Of a DNA stretch of 64,000 nt, positions 36,564 through 49,307 are shown in pieces. The position numbers and the translations under genes are program-made. The notes under the pieces are model-generated. The model was not told where the DNA came from. It did no database searches and saw nothing but the letters and a program-made list of their open reading frames with translations. The stretch is from positions 103,914,001-103,978,000 of the forward strand of contig CM059431.1 of the NCBI GenBank assembly GCA_030390025.1, given 5' to 3'. The stretch comes from Squalus acanthias. Taxonomy: Eukaryota. The stretch's first letter is position 1; each line of letters starts with the position of its first letter.

Positions 36564-37217
36564 TAAAAAACTATGCTTCCAAAACTGGAGAGGTAATTTC
36601 GCAAGCGTTTGGGAATGCAGAAATGGTGGGGGTGGGGGTGGGGTGGGGGGGGGTGCGGTTGTGAGAGGGGGTTTCTGCTTTCTTTGTGGCTTGTTTGTGG
36701 GTGATGGACAAGTGGCTGGAGGAAGTGAGGGGCAGGATGGGACAAGGAGGCAGGGTGAGAAGAGGAGGGAGAGAGAAGATAGGACCCTGACTTTCACTCG
36801 AATAACTCACTGAAACAGATCAGTATCCAACAGACAATTAGCGCACCTGCTTTTGGTTCTCCAATATGTGACAGGAAGAGAAATATTAAATTGCTTTTTA
36901 TTCCATTTTATCTGATCAGGACCTGACTGATCTAAAGCCTGATGATCAAATTATCTGATGATCAAATTGTGTTCTGTAGGCTAATGCGTAGCTGTAGAGA
37001 GAGCAAGTCAAATGGTCTTCATTCTCTTCATGGGAATACTTAACGTGTTGTTTGATTGAAATCCAGTACTTGCAAATGCCAACAGGATGTGAGAAACAGC
37101 TCTTTATAGAACTTGCAGTGGCACTTGAGAATGTGCCTTGGAGGGGACTGTGCTGAGCGTCCAGGAACAATGAATGAGGGCAGGAGGCCAAGCATGGATA
37201 GCCAAGGCACGTCAGAA

Positions 37218-37595
37218 GAACATAAGAAGTAGGAGCATGACTAGGCCATTCAGTTCTTCAAGCCTGCTCCGCCATTCCATAAGATCATGGCTGATCTTCT
37301 ACCTCAACTCCACCTTCCCGCACTATCCCCATATCCCTTGATTCCCTTAATATCCAAAAATCTATCGATCTCTGTCTTAATGACTGAGCATCCACAGCCC
37401 TCTAGGGTAGAGAATGCCAAAGATTCACAACCCTTTGAGTGAAAAAATGTCTCCTTATCTCCATCCTAAATGGCCGACCCCTTATTCTGAGACTGTGACC
37501 CCCTAGTTCTAGGCTCGCCAGCCAGGGGAAACATCCTCCCAGCATCTACCCTGTCAAGCGCTGTAAGAATTTTACATGTTTTAATGAAATCACCT
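37218..37595 (-). mobile_element. CR1 3' fragment
   Basis: Close match to 1185-1575. Confidence 0.85.
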
Positions 37596-38234
37596 GTGAG
37601 ATCATTCAATGTGATGGTGCTGGGAGTAACAAGTGTAGGCAGAATGTTGGAGCACAGACAGATCCGACTTTGCCCAGGAGATCATATCCAATTCAACAGT
37701 GGCCACACCAATAATTAGGGAACAAATTACTTAAAAACCCATATTTCTTGAAAATACACTAACTGTGCACACTCTACTATTCCCACTGAGGGAAGAAGTG
37801 TAAGGTCAGGTTAGCAGATTCAGTTCACAGCTCGAACAATTGGTTCTAGAGCTGGGCAATGAGAGGCAAGAGGCAATAAAATAAGGTAGAGGGGTGTAAG
37901 TACAGCTTGACAAGTACAGGCAAATCCCATTATACGTGTTTACATAGGAATTATAATGGGAAATAATTGATCCAAAAATTGAGACAAAAATGTGACAACA
38001 TGAAATCAAGTGGTGCAGAAGATTTATATTGGTAGAATTCTGGGAGTAGTAGGCTATCAAAGCGACAGCTGCAGAGTGATAGAAATGTATTCTGGGCATT
38101 GTAATCCACCCGAGTGATAGGCACATTGTGACCACAGTGCATTCTAGGAGTGTTGGGCAACTGGGAGCCCATGTAGATCAGCAAGGACAGGGGTGAAAGG
38201 CCAATGGGACCTGGTGAGGGATAGGACATGGGTA

Positions 38235-38660
38235 GCACAGTTTTAGATGAGCGGAGGATGGGAGGCCAACCAGGAGAGCATTGGACTAGTCGAGTCTGGA
38301 AGTGACAAAGACATGGATGAAGGTTTTCAAGAGCAGATGGGCTGAGGCAGGGGTGGAGATGGGCAATGTTATGGAGGTGGAAGTAGGCAGTCTTTATGAT
38401 GGAGAGTATCTGGGGTGGGAAGCTCAGCGCGGGGTCAAGCAGAGTGCCGAGATTGCAAACAGTCAGGCTCAGCCTGAGGCAATGGCCAGGGAGGGGGATA
38501 GAATCAATGGCTAGCTAGGGTACAAAGTTTATAGCTGGGACCAACAACAATGGCTTCAGTCCTCCCGTTGTTTAACTGGCGAAATTGTGGCTCGTACAAG
38601 GCTGGATGCTGGACAAGCAGCCGGACAACACTGAGGCAGTGGAGGGGGTCAAGCGAGGTT
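38235..38660 (-). mobile_element. Old L2 ORF2 fragment
   Basis: Minus strand reads FIHVFVTSRLD*SNALLVGLPS. Confidence 0.7.
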
Positions 38661-39849
38661 GTAGAGGGGTACTTTACTCTGTAGGGTGAGTCTGTTGAGA
38701 AGTAATCTACATAGTGACAATCCTCTCACATCCAATGGAGCTCTCTGCATCCAGATTGGTCTCTGACTTTCTGGAAGCCAGCAGAAATGGTCTAATCGGC
38801 CCCCTCAGTACAAAGCAAGGAGCATGGAGGAAATGTGAGGCAGGAACGCAAGGGCCTTGAGGCCAGAGACTAGAGAGTTGAGGCTCAGGCAGAGAGGGGA
38901 CAGCGTGCAAAGCCTCGGCTGGGATGCAACTCTACCCCAGGTCAGATTTACCTCCTGTAGCTTTTTTCGTCGCGTCAGCGGCACAATCCCAACTCTTTCT
39001 GAGAAAGTGTGGGCCAAGGTCTGATGCTGGGTCTGAGCGGAGGGAGGTGGGCGGTGGGGGGGGGGGGGTGAGGGGGAAGGGAGGCCATTAGTAGCCAGAA
39101 TCCATTTTGAATTCCTCAGGAAATCAAATTCAGTTTCAATGACTGATTTCAATGAGAATCAAAGCTTCAAAAGCACTTACTTTGTGAAATCAATCACAAC
39201 CTGCACCAAAAAATTCTAATTTACATTAGCACGCTGTAATAACGATATAATAATGGTGCCCATGGAACAGAACTATATTTCACAAAAGGAGTTGAGGGAC
39301 ACTGGAATAATACCAACCCTTGACAGTGAAGGTGTCAGAATTGGGGTATCAATTATTACAGCAATCATTAGTTTCAAAAAACAAGAATCAAACCAAATGA
39401 GACTGATATAATTGTAAGTTAAGAAGAATTAAAAAGTAGCACATTTTGCTCCAGATTTATTGCAACCTCTGAGCCCATTCTTATTATAGGTACAGTATGG
39501 TCATCACATCAATTAATCAACCAAAAGCACTGTAATGATCTAAATTAGATTTGATATTAAGGTAAGTACTCCATTCATCTCAGAGTTAGATTTAAATTGC
39601 CAATGTATTTCCAGATCCATTTTCATTTTCATTTTCATTTACCTTTCTCCTTTTTCAAAGAACAAAGTAATAAAGAGGGTCGTATATCTTCAGTCTGATC
39701 CTACAGCAGTGTGACGGCCGAGGTAAGCTTCTTTAATGGGATAAAATCCCAAATAATTCTTCGTTATGATACCAGTATAGGACTAGTTAGGGCTTTCAAT
39801 TAAGCAATGTACATTTTCTGACTGTGAGTAATACGAGACTAATCAAACA

Positions 39850-40370
39850 CATAGAATCGTAGAATCATAGAAATTTACAGCACAGAAGGAGGCCATTCGG
39901 CCCATCGTGTCTGCGCTGGTCAAAAAAGAGCTCTCCAGCCTCATCCCACTTTCCAGCTCTTGGTCCGTAGCCCTGTAGGTTACGGCACTTCAAGTGCATA
40001 TCCAAGTACTTTTAAATGCGATGAGGGTTTCTGCCTCGACCACCCTTTTCAGGCAGTGAGTTCCAGACCTGCATCACCCTCTGGGTGAAACAATTTCTCC
40101 TCAACTCCCCTCTAATCCTTCTACCAATTACTTTAAATCTATGCCCCCCCCCGGTTACTGACCTCACTGCTAAGGGAAATAGGTGCTTCCTATCCACTCT
40201 ATCTAGGCCCCTCATAATTTTATACACCTCAATTAATTCTCCCCTCAGCCTCTTCTGTTCCGAAGAAACCAAACCAAACCCCAGCCAATCCAATCTTCCC
40301 TCAAAGCTAAAATTCTCCAGTCCTGGCAACATCCTCGTAATTCTCCTCTGCACCCTCTCTAGTGCAATCA
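39850..40370 (-). mobile_element. CR1 3' fragment
   Basis: ORF 40012..40371 reads IALERVQRRITRMLPG... Confidence 0.88.
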
Positions 40371-40469
40371 AACGTTGTCCATTCTCTGGTCAAATGGTCC
40401 AACAGCATGAAGATCTAAAAGACCATAAACACGAATATGCAGAAGAATATTCATAGATTTTAAGCTTAT

Positions 40470-40702
40470 GCAACAACAACTTGCATTTATATAGCACCTT
40501 TAACGTAGTAAAACGTTCCAAGGCGCTTTACAGGAGCGTTATCAGGCAAAACTTGACACTGAGCCACATAAGGAGATACTAGGACAGATGACCAAAAGCT
40601 TGGTCAAAGAGGTAGGTTTTAAGGAACGTCTTAAAGGAGGAGACAGAGGTGGAAAGGTTTAGGGAGGGAATTCCAGAGCTTAGGGCCTAGGCAGCTGAAG
40701 GC
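40470..40702 (-). mobile_element. L2 3' end
   Basis: (CAA)n tail and L2 3' UTR. Confidence 0.82.
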
Positions 40703-41691
40703 TCTATGTCTAGTCATGATGCTCCAGCCATCATGAGGTGTGGAGCAGGCGTGCTGGTCTTTTCCTGCCCATCACTTTTGCATGTTTGTAAGTCATACAT
40801 TGATTAACATTCTTCTTAGTTTCCACAGATAAATCTTCTTCTAACTTGGCTGCAGACATTCACGAGACTGTGACCTTCTTAGAAGATAGTCCACAGGTAC
40901 AGAAGGGCAACGAATCGTATGCTGTGGAGCAATCCTCAAAAGTCTTGCCAAATGCAGGGGAGGATCTACATGGCACAGTTATACTGAGAGCAGACCATGT
41001 GACTTTAGCTTTGGCATGGCAAACATTAGCAAGGATGTGTAACACGCTGCAGACATAGAATCATAGAATGATACAGCACAGAAGGAGGCCATTCAGCCCA
41101 TCATGCCCGTGCCAGCTCTTTGAAAGAGCTATCCAATTGGTACCGTTGCCCTTTTCCCAACTCTCTTCAGAGTTGTTTTTCAATAGAATACAAATCACTT
41201 TTTCTTTTATATTAATTCATGGGATCAAGGCGTCGCTGGCAAGGCCAGCATTTATTGCCCATCCCTAATTGCCCTCGAGAAGGTGGTGGTGCTGAGCTGC
41301 CTTCTTGACAACTGAGTGACTTGCTAGGCCATTTTTTTCAGAGGATTGCTAATAATCACATTGTTAGCTCACTGCCAGTGGCAAGGAGGAGGCGGAGTGA
41401 GTCTTGTTTCCTTCAATATAAATTTCTTATTTTAGTGAAAGTTTTTCGAATTTAAGATTGCATTTTTCAGAACTCAGACAATGTTATCTACACCAAGGGA
41501 TTGTGTTGTGACAATAATCCAAATAATAATTAAAGAGCAACAAAAAGTTTATGAAATACCACAGCTCTGCAAAAAAATAAACGAACAATAATGACAACAG
41601 ACTGCATTTATATAGCGCCTTTAATGTAGAAAAACGTCCCAAGGTACTTCACAGAAGCGTAATCAAACAAAAATGGACGCTGAACCAAAGC

Positions 41692-42159
41692 AAAGAAAGA
41701 AAGAATTGCATTTATATAGCGCCTTTCATGACCACAGGATGCCCTAAAGCACTTTACAACCAATAAAGTACTTTTGAAGTGTTGTCGTAATGTGGGAAAT
41801 GCGGCAGCCAATTTGCACACAGCAAACTCCCACAAACAGCAATGTGATAATGACCAGATAATCTGTTCTAGTAAAGCTGGTTGAGGGATAAATAAATATT
41901 GGCATGGACAATGGGGAGAACTCCCCTGCTCTTCTTCAAAATAGTGCCATGGGATCTTGTACATTCACCTGAGAGGGTAGATGTGGCCTCAGTTCAATGC
42001 CTCATCCGAAAGACGGCACCTCTGACAGTGCAGCGCTCCCTCAGCACTGCACTGGCTTGTCAGCCTAGATTTTGTGTTCAAGATTTTGGAGTGGGATTAT
42101 GAACCCACCGACCTTCTGACTGTGAGGCGAGAGTGCTACCAACTGAGCCACAGCTGACA
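41692..42159 (-). mobile_element. SacSINE1-like SINE inserted into an L2 3' end (~41590-42375)
   Basis: Family match; L2 sequence continues on both sides. Confidence 0.82.
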
Positions 42160-42553
42160 GAGATATCAGGAGGGTGTGATCTAAAGCCCGGTCAAAGGGG
42201 TTGGTTTTAAGGAGGGTCTTGGAGGTGGAGCGGTTTCGGGAGGGAATTTCAGAGACTGGGGTCTAGATGGCTGAAGGCACGTCCACCAATGATGGGATGA
42301 AGTAAGTGAGGGTTGCACAAAAGGCCAGTGTCAGAGAAATGGAGAGTTAGGGCTGGAGGTGGGCTACAGATGTGAGAATGTAAAGGGTTAATGCAGAACC
42401 TATAAGCTTTTTGCAAAGACTATGTTAGTTGTTAAAGTGAGCAGTTTTTGCAAGAGCAAAGCCACAACTACTTTCTGTTATTGATAAAGTTGTTGCAAAG
42501 TCTATGTCATACACGGGTCGAGAAAGGAACAGAAGCAGACATTGAGATGAAGA

Positions 42554-42728
42554 TTGAAACAACAACAGAAAACGCTGGAAAAACTCAGCAGGCCAGGCAA
42601 CATCCATGGAGAGAGAAACAGCGTTAACTCTGTATCTCTCTCCACGGATGTTGCCTGGCCTGTTGAGTTTTTCCAGCGTTTTCTGCTGTTGTTTCAATTT
42701 TCCAGCATCAGCAGTATTTTGCTATCGT
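42554..42728. mobile_element. Penelope-like terminal fold-back insertion
   Basis: Palindrome at 42554-42697 centred on GTTAAC (42623-42628); 15-bp TSD CATTGAGATGAAGAT at 42540 and 42729. Confidence 0.85.
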
Positions 42729-42996
42729 CATTGAGATGAAGATGCCAGACAAGATAGCAGAAGTGTTAATTGCTCATTAAGCAAACCTGCTGTGGACAGA
42801 CATGATTGGACTTTGTTCGTCAAATGATCAAAACTTTGAAGGATAACAGACGACTGTTCGACCTGAGATGCAGAGAGAAGGACGACGGTACCTGTAGAGA
42901 CGGATTTATGCTAGCCAAATGCGCTTAACGTCTCTCTGGTACACTGGTATTGAGGAGCGGTCCATGCGGTCCAAAGTCCAACACTCTTCTTTGTTA

Positions 42997-43287
42997 TGAG
43001 GCGGAGATGCCGGCGTTGGACTGGGGTGGACAAAAATGAGAAGTCGCACAACACCAGGTTATAGTCCAACAGATTTATTTAAAATTACAAGCTTTCGGAG
43101 CTATCGATCGCCCCTTCTTCAGGTAAAGTTACTATGAGTGATTCTACAAAAATTCACAGAATATTCTGTGAATTTTTGTAGATTCACTCATAGTAACTTT
43201 ACCTGAAGAAGGGGCGATTGATAGCTCCGAAAGCTTGTAATTTTAAATAAATCTGTTGGACTATAACCTGGTGTTGTGCGACTTCTC
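42997..43287. mobile_element. Penelope-like (second family) fold-back insertion, 250-bp palindrome
   Basis: Arms 43038-43162 and 43163-43287 with no loop and two mismatches seen; flanked by ctcttctttg(t/c)ta. Confidence 0.88.
43199..43240 (+). ncRNA. Minimal type I hammerhead ribozyme (mirror copy on the minus strand at 43085-43126)
   Basis: TTAC-CTGAAGA-A-GGGGC-gattgata-GCTCC-GAAA-GCTT-GTAA: stem I TTAC/GTAA, palindromic AAGCTT stem III. Confidence 0.72.
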
Positions 43288-44617
43288 TTCTTTGCTAGTA
43301 AGACAACCGCCGGACCGGATTAAAGAAACAACAGAGAAATTGCACGCTACGCTGTCCAGTAGCCGAATTTGGGTAATATGCTTCAGGACTGTAAATTGCT
43401 GTCACCTAATATTAGTCTGTGGCGGCTGTATTGATGTCTACTGTATACCAATAAAACCTCTACCGTGCCAATACGGAGTCACGTCCGAATCATTAAATTT
43501 GAGGTGTAAAACAGATGTAGGGAAGAGCAAAGCTACGAAGGGAGTTAGTATGGGGGCTGGAAATTTTAAACTGCCGGCATTGGGGGACTGGGGGAGACGT
43601 TGTACGTCAGCAAGGACAGGTGTGATAGGTAAGCAGGACCCGGTGCAGCATAGGATGTGGACAGAAGAGCTTTGCACAAGCTGAAGTTTACAAATAGTGG
43701 AAGTTGGGAGGCCGGTCAGGAGAACATTGGAACAGTCGATGAAAAGGGATATAAAGGGTGCAACTGAGAAAGAGGGAGAAAATGCATTCTACTCCTGATA
43801 AAGTTGTTTTTGGTAGTAATTCGTGCCTTTGAATCAATGGGCGTAGACTGTGAACTTCTTATTCTTGTGGGATATAATCCTTCAGTAACGCAGTCCAATC
43901 GTTATTGTGTTCTATGCAAAAATGCACATCCTCTTGAGAGAAACTGTTCCGAGTTCTGCCAGAGCTTGGAAGACAAACCAAAAAAAAGCCAAAAGGCTAA
44001 TTTCCAGGGGGGCGATGCATTGAAGTCAGTAAGATTAACAAATCTACAGTAAAAGAGAGCCAGATGAAAATAAAAGATCCCGGCAGAGAAATCAAAGCAG
44101 ATTATTACAGGAAAGGAAAAGAGAACATCAAATTAAATGTGCCAGAATTTTTTTCTTGAAACTATTGGTTGAGGTTTATGTTGTTTAAAACATGCTTCAG
44201 GCCTTTTTACATTCTGTTTGAAAGAAAAGTAAAATTAACATGGGAGCTGGTGATTTGTTGAGAGCCTTGGCAATTGTGCTTCCCCCCGCCACCCCCACCC
44301 CCCCCCCCACTCTTTCTGGTTAACTGTATTTTTGGATGTCAGGATAAGTGAAGGAGTTTAGGCCCTAATATTTCTCCAGGCCACGGCAAGTGTGGCCACA
44401 AAAGCAGATTTTCTTCTGGGCGCGGTTGCAACCTTGAGATTTGTGACTACGGCAGCAGTGCCTGGTGAACGTGTTCATCATTTTCCTGCAGTATCTTCCC
44501 GAAGAAGGGAAGGGAAGGAAAGGTGTTCAGTCAAAAGAGAGGACTTCAGTACAAGTGCGCCAAGTCTATATTCTCAACCTGATCTAAACAGGTGGCACAG
44601 TGGTTCCAGAGTTGGTA

Positions 44618-44872
44618 GACACTGGTGGCCGCGCCTTCAGCTGTCAGGGCCCTAAGCTCTGGAATTCCCCCCCTAAACCTCTCCGTCTCTCTACCTCTCA
44701 CCTGCTTTTAAGATGCTCCTTAAAACCCACCTCTGTGACCAAGCTTTTGGTCATCTGCCCTGATACTTCCTTCTGTGGCTCAGTGTCAAATTTAGTCTCA
44801 TAACGCTCTTGCAAAGTGCCTTGGGACATTGGACTACATTAAAGGTGCTATATAAATGCAAGTTGTTGTTGC
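44618..44872 (+). mobile_element. L2 3' end
   Basis: GGRAFSCQGPKLWNS; (GTT)n tail. Confidence 0.82.
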
Positions 44873-45172
44873 TCATTCAGTTGGAAATCAATTGGATTTT
44901 ATGTTAACCGGGACAATCGAAACTTAGCTTGCTTTGAGCAATCTTGGTCTGCCGCTGCTCCATCTGTCCCCAGACTTTCCCCAAGAGCGACAGGAGGAGA
45001 AGACATTCTCCTTAGGTATTCTTTTAGACAACCTTAGTATTGGGGAAAGAGAACACTATCGTTAGTAATTTTCAATGATCTGTAGTTTCTTGATCAGTTT
45101 AGTGATACTAGTTCATTTATAGTTCTTGGCCAATAGGATTTAAAATGGCCATCATATGAAGTATTGGAAAAT

Positions 45173-45543
45173 AAAACAAGACTTGCATTTATATAGCAAC
45201 TTTCATAACCTCCTAAGGCAATTACAGCCAATGAAGTACTTTTGAAGTGCAGTGATGCAGCCACTTTTCAGTGATGGTGGTTGAGGGATAAACATTGGCT
45301 AGGACAACTGGGCAGAACTCCCCTGTGCTTTTTTGAAATAGTGTCATGAGGATCTTTTTCATCCACCTGAGAGGCCTTGGTTTAATGTCTTACACCTTCT
45401 GACAGTGCAGCACTCCCTTCACACTCACACTGGAGGGTCAACCTAGATTTTGTGTTGCAAGTCTCAGATGCAGTGGGGTTTGAACCCACAACCTGCTACC
45501 ATCACAAGGGTGTGAGTGCTACCCACTGAGCCACAGCTGACAC
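45173..45543 (-). mobile_element. Degenerate SacSINE1-like SINE
   Basis: Family match with deletions. Confidence 0.7.
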
Positions 45544-45609
45544 CGATGAAGCAGGACATTGCAATGATAATTCAGTAATGTCAAAACTAGGAACTATATT
45601 GTTTTACTA

Positions 45610-48072
45610 AACCCATGGGATTAAAGGAGAAGTGGATGTGTGGTTAAAAACTTAGCTAAGGGACAGAAAGCAGAGAGTAATGGTGAACAGTTGTTTTTCG
45701 GGCTGGAGGGAAGTGTGCAGTGGTGTCCCCCAGGGCTCGATATTAGGACCACTGCTCTTTTCGATATATATTAATGACCTGGACTTGGGTATACAGGGCA
45801 TAATGTCAAGGTTTGCAGATGAAACAAAACTTGGAAATGTAGTAAACAGTGAGGAGGCTGCTGAAACGGGCAGACACATGGCAGATGAAATTTCATGCAG
45901 AAAAGTGTGAATTAATGCATTTTGGAAGGAAGAACAAGGAGAGACATTATAAACTAAAAGGTACAATTTCAAAGTGGGTGCAGGAACAGAGAGACCTAGG
46001 GGTACACATACACAAATCTTTGAAGGTGGCAGGATAGGTTGATAAAGCTGTTAAAAAAGCATACCGGATTCTTAGCTTTATAAGTAGCCTAGGGGGCGAT
46101 TTTCCCACTGGAGGCGAGATGGAGGCGGGTTTCAGTTTGGGTGGGTTTGAAACTCGCCTCCACCGATAGGTTTCAAAATTTTGCGATTTTCCCATGATTG
46201 TCCACTTGCTTTCAGAGGTGTGGGATGCCCTTGCTCAATTAGTGTTTTGGGACTGAAACGTGCCTCTGTTGACAACACTTTTCCAGTCTGATTTTATGGC
46301 TTCTTGCTCCCTTGGCTCATTCCACAGCATTTCTGCGTCTCCTGCACCACCTCCAACATCTTTTGAGAAACCCATGTCCAATTCCAAGGCAAGGGCCTCC
46401 CCGAGGCTCTCGGATGAGGCGCTGCAAATGTTGTTTGAGGGAGTGACAGCTAGCATGGAGGTGCTCTTCCACTCATCTCGGAGGAAGAGGCCTGCCAAAG
46501 AAACCAAGGCTGTGTGGGTCCAGCTGGCAAGGGATATAACCTCCAGATCTGTGTGCAGATTGGGAGACTGTTTCTGTGTATTGATGAAATGCCATCCCTG
46601 TTGGTAAGCATTAAAATGATTTGAAGCCAAAATGTTGGCGTTATGCCATCTGTTCTTTCGCCTCAGGCAGCTCCACATTGCGGGTACCGCCACACTTGCA
46701 TTGTCAGGTTGGTGGCCTGAGTGAAAGGAGGCCAGAGAGTCATGTCCATTGTCAATGATGTCCTAGGATGGAGCCAAGGACATGTGCCAACTTGGGCAAC
46801 CTATGCAAATCTGGCCATGATAAGTTCATCCCTTGTATCCCGGGCAGCCATGTGCTCGCGTGCTGCTGCTGGTCGATACACCGGCGCTCTGACCTCCTCC
46901 TCCTCCTCATCCTCATCTGAGGTCCATGCAGAAAGAAAACGAATGGTTCCCATTCTGCTTGTAGATGCCTCCTTTGGGGAAGCGCTCATTGCAAGCGGGG
47001 AGAGGGTCTTCCAAGGAGGCCCCACAGTTGATGGAGTCAAGCTGCAGCACCTCCAACTTTGGAAGGCCTTCTAAAACTGCTCAGAGACCTTTTAAAGCCA
47101 AGGTCTGGCACCTGCAAGTAATCCCTGCTGCAATAAATGATGTCTTGTTAGACCTGCAGCAGTGAGGAGGCCACTCACGAGTCAACCCGCCAGGTTTACC
47201 TGGCGTGGTTCAGAAGGTGCGTGGAGCACGCCAAAATGATGGAAAAATCACGAGGGCCTCTCAAAATAGGTTTAGAGAGGCCCTTAATGAGCATTTAATG
47301 ATCTTTAATAGTGTAATGGCCACCTGGAGGCAGGAGCGTTTCCCGACCTCCAAAACCGGCACCGGCAAAATCCTGCGGGGGCGGGTTGGAGGCGGGTTCC
47401 AAACCCGACCTCTTTGAATCTGATTTTCCCGCCTTTCCCGCCTCCAAACCCGCCTCCTCCGATGTCAGAAAATCTCCCTCTTAGAGTACAAAAGCAAGGA
47501 AGTTATGCAAAAGTTTTATAAATCTGGTTAAGCCTCAGCTGGAGTATTGTGCCCAATTCTGGACACCGCACTTTAGGAAGGATGTCAAGACCTTGGAGAG
47601 GGTGCAGAGGAGATTTCCCAGAATGGTACCAGGGATGAGGGACTTCAGTTATGTGGAGAGACTGGAGATGCTGGGATTGTTCTCCTTAGAGCAGAGAAGG
47701 TTAAGGGGAGATTTAATAGAGGTGTTCAAAATTATGAGGGGTTTTGGTAGAGTAAATTATGAACAACTGTTTGCACTGACAGGAGGGTCAGTAACCAGAA
47801 GACGCAGATTTAAGAATATTAACAAAAGAACCAGAGGGGCTTTAAGAATTTTTTTTACGCAGCGAGTTGTTATGATCGGAAATGTACTGATTAAATGGGT
47901 GGTGGAAGCAGGTTCAATAATAATTTTCAAAAGGGAATTGGAAAAATACTTGTACAGAAAAAAAATGACAGGGTTATGGGGGAAAGAGAAGGGGGAGTGG
48001 GGCTAATTGGAGAACTCTTTCAAAGAGCCAGCACAGGCACAATGGGCCGAATGGCCTTCTGATTCTATGATT
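45610..48072 (+). mobile_element. CR1 ORF2 (RT to 3' end) split by a Harbinger element
   Basis: SGVPQGSILGPLLFSIYINDLD...FADETK; resumes at ~47481 (ORF 47593..48006) and ends in the CR1 tail. Confidence 0.9.
46092..47480. mobile_element. Internally deleted PIF/Harbinger transposon with Myb/SANT (+) and transposase (-) remnants
   Basis: TIR gggggcgatttt/aaaatctccctc with flanks CTA/TTA; RASPRLSDEALQML...KRPAKETKAVWVQLA on +; acidic tract then ARDTRDELIMARFA* on -. Confidence 0.82.
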
Positions 48073-48994
48073 TAAGAGAGTTATATTTGCCTAAAGTTGA
48101 AGATTTGTGTGGTTGGGCTTAATCGGTACAACTCAGGCAAAAGGCCTTACCGGGGCAGTTGTATAATTTCCGTTCAATTCCGTACTGCAGCCTGCTCTAA
48201 CAACACAAGCACAGCAACTAGTACAACTGCAACCCAGGACTGCCTTTTAAAATGTATTTATTGCTATCAGCTGCCTGCAGGACCTGCTGAAAATTACCAT
48301 GTCATTCTAATATCCATCTTTTAATTCACATGGGACAAAAACCCTTTCTTGCCTGATCAGGGCTCTGTCAATCAGGGCCCCGATCCAATTAAACCTTTTC
48401 ACAGCCTGCACAAGAATTTACTAACCTGCTTACAGATTTCTAACTAATGCAGTTAAGTAGATCAATAGTAAAAATAGAATGCTGAGTTCAATCTGATTAG
48501 CATATGCACTACACCTTTGGCAACTCAGGCACCAGGTACTGATAGGCAATGTACAGATCATTTCCTCGCATCAATCTTCCTGCACTTTGCTTAAAGCAGA
48601 TGTATGATGAGATTTACTGGCATTTCCAGCAAGAAATAAAGCTGATCTACCCCACTGAATTGATTCCCCAGGTGAAGGAGTGTTAAATCAGTCTGGGCAA
48701 ACCTGTGTACCTCCGAATAGCCAATTACACGACAACAGCATCAGAAGCCTTGGGAGCACATCATTGGCCCCTGCCTGCTGAGGTATAATGGATTGCCTGA
48801 TAAGTCCCAGTAGATGAGTAGGATAATAAATATAAGTTATCCAAAGAGAGGGAAAGAGAAATTTGAATCCAAAAGGTTAACTTTTCCAATATTTTTCTGA
48901 ATTTTGTCCAGCGATATATTGAGCTATTGACCAAGGTGAAGCACAGTTTGTTATCAACAACGTTAAACATAAGGTTTAAATGTCAGAAACAGTG

Positions 48995-49247
48995 CAATTT
49001 CTTCACTCAGAGGGCTGTGAATCTTTGGAATTATCTACCCCAGAGGGCTGCGGATGCTCAGTCGCTGAGTATATTCAAGACTGAGATTGATAGATTTTTG
49101 GACTCTAGGGGAATCAAGGGATATGGGGACAGTGCGGGAAAGTGGAGTTGAGGTCGAAGATCAGCCATGATCTTATTGAATGGCGGAGCAGGCTCGAGGG
49201 GCCGTATGGCCGACTCCCGCTCCTAGATCTGATGTTCTTCTGTTCTT
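48995..49247 (+). mobile_element. CR1 3' end
   Basis: FFTQRAVNLWN.LP and CR1 tail. Confidence 0.85.
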
Positions 49248-49307
49248 AATTCTTTTGTAATTACTAAATTTTTGAAACCATTTTGTAATCACTAAGTCCT
49301 AACGATG

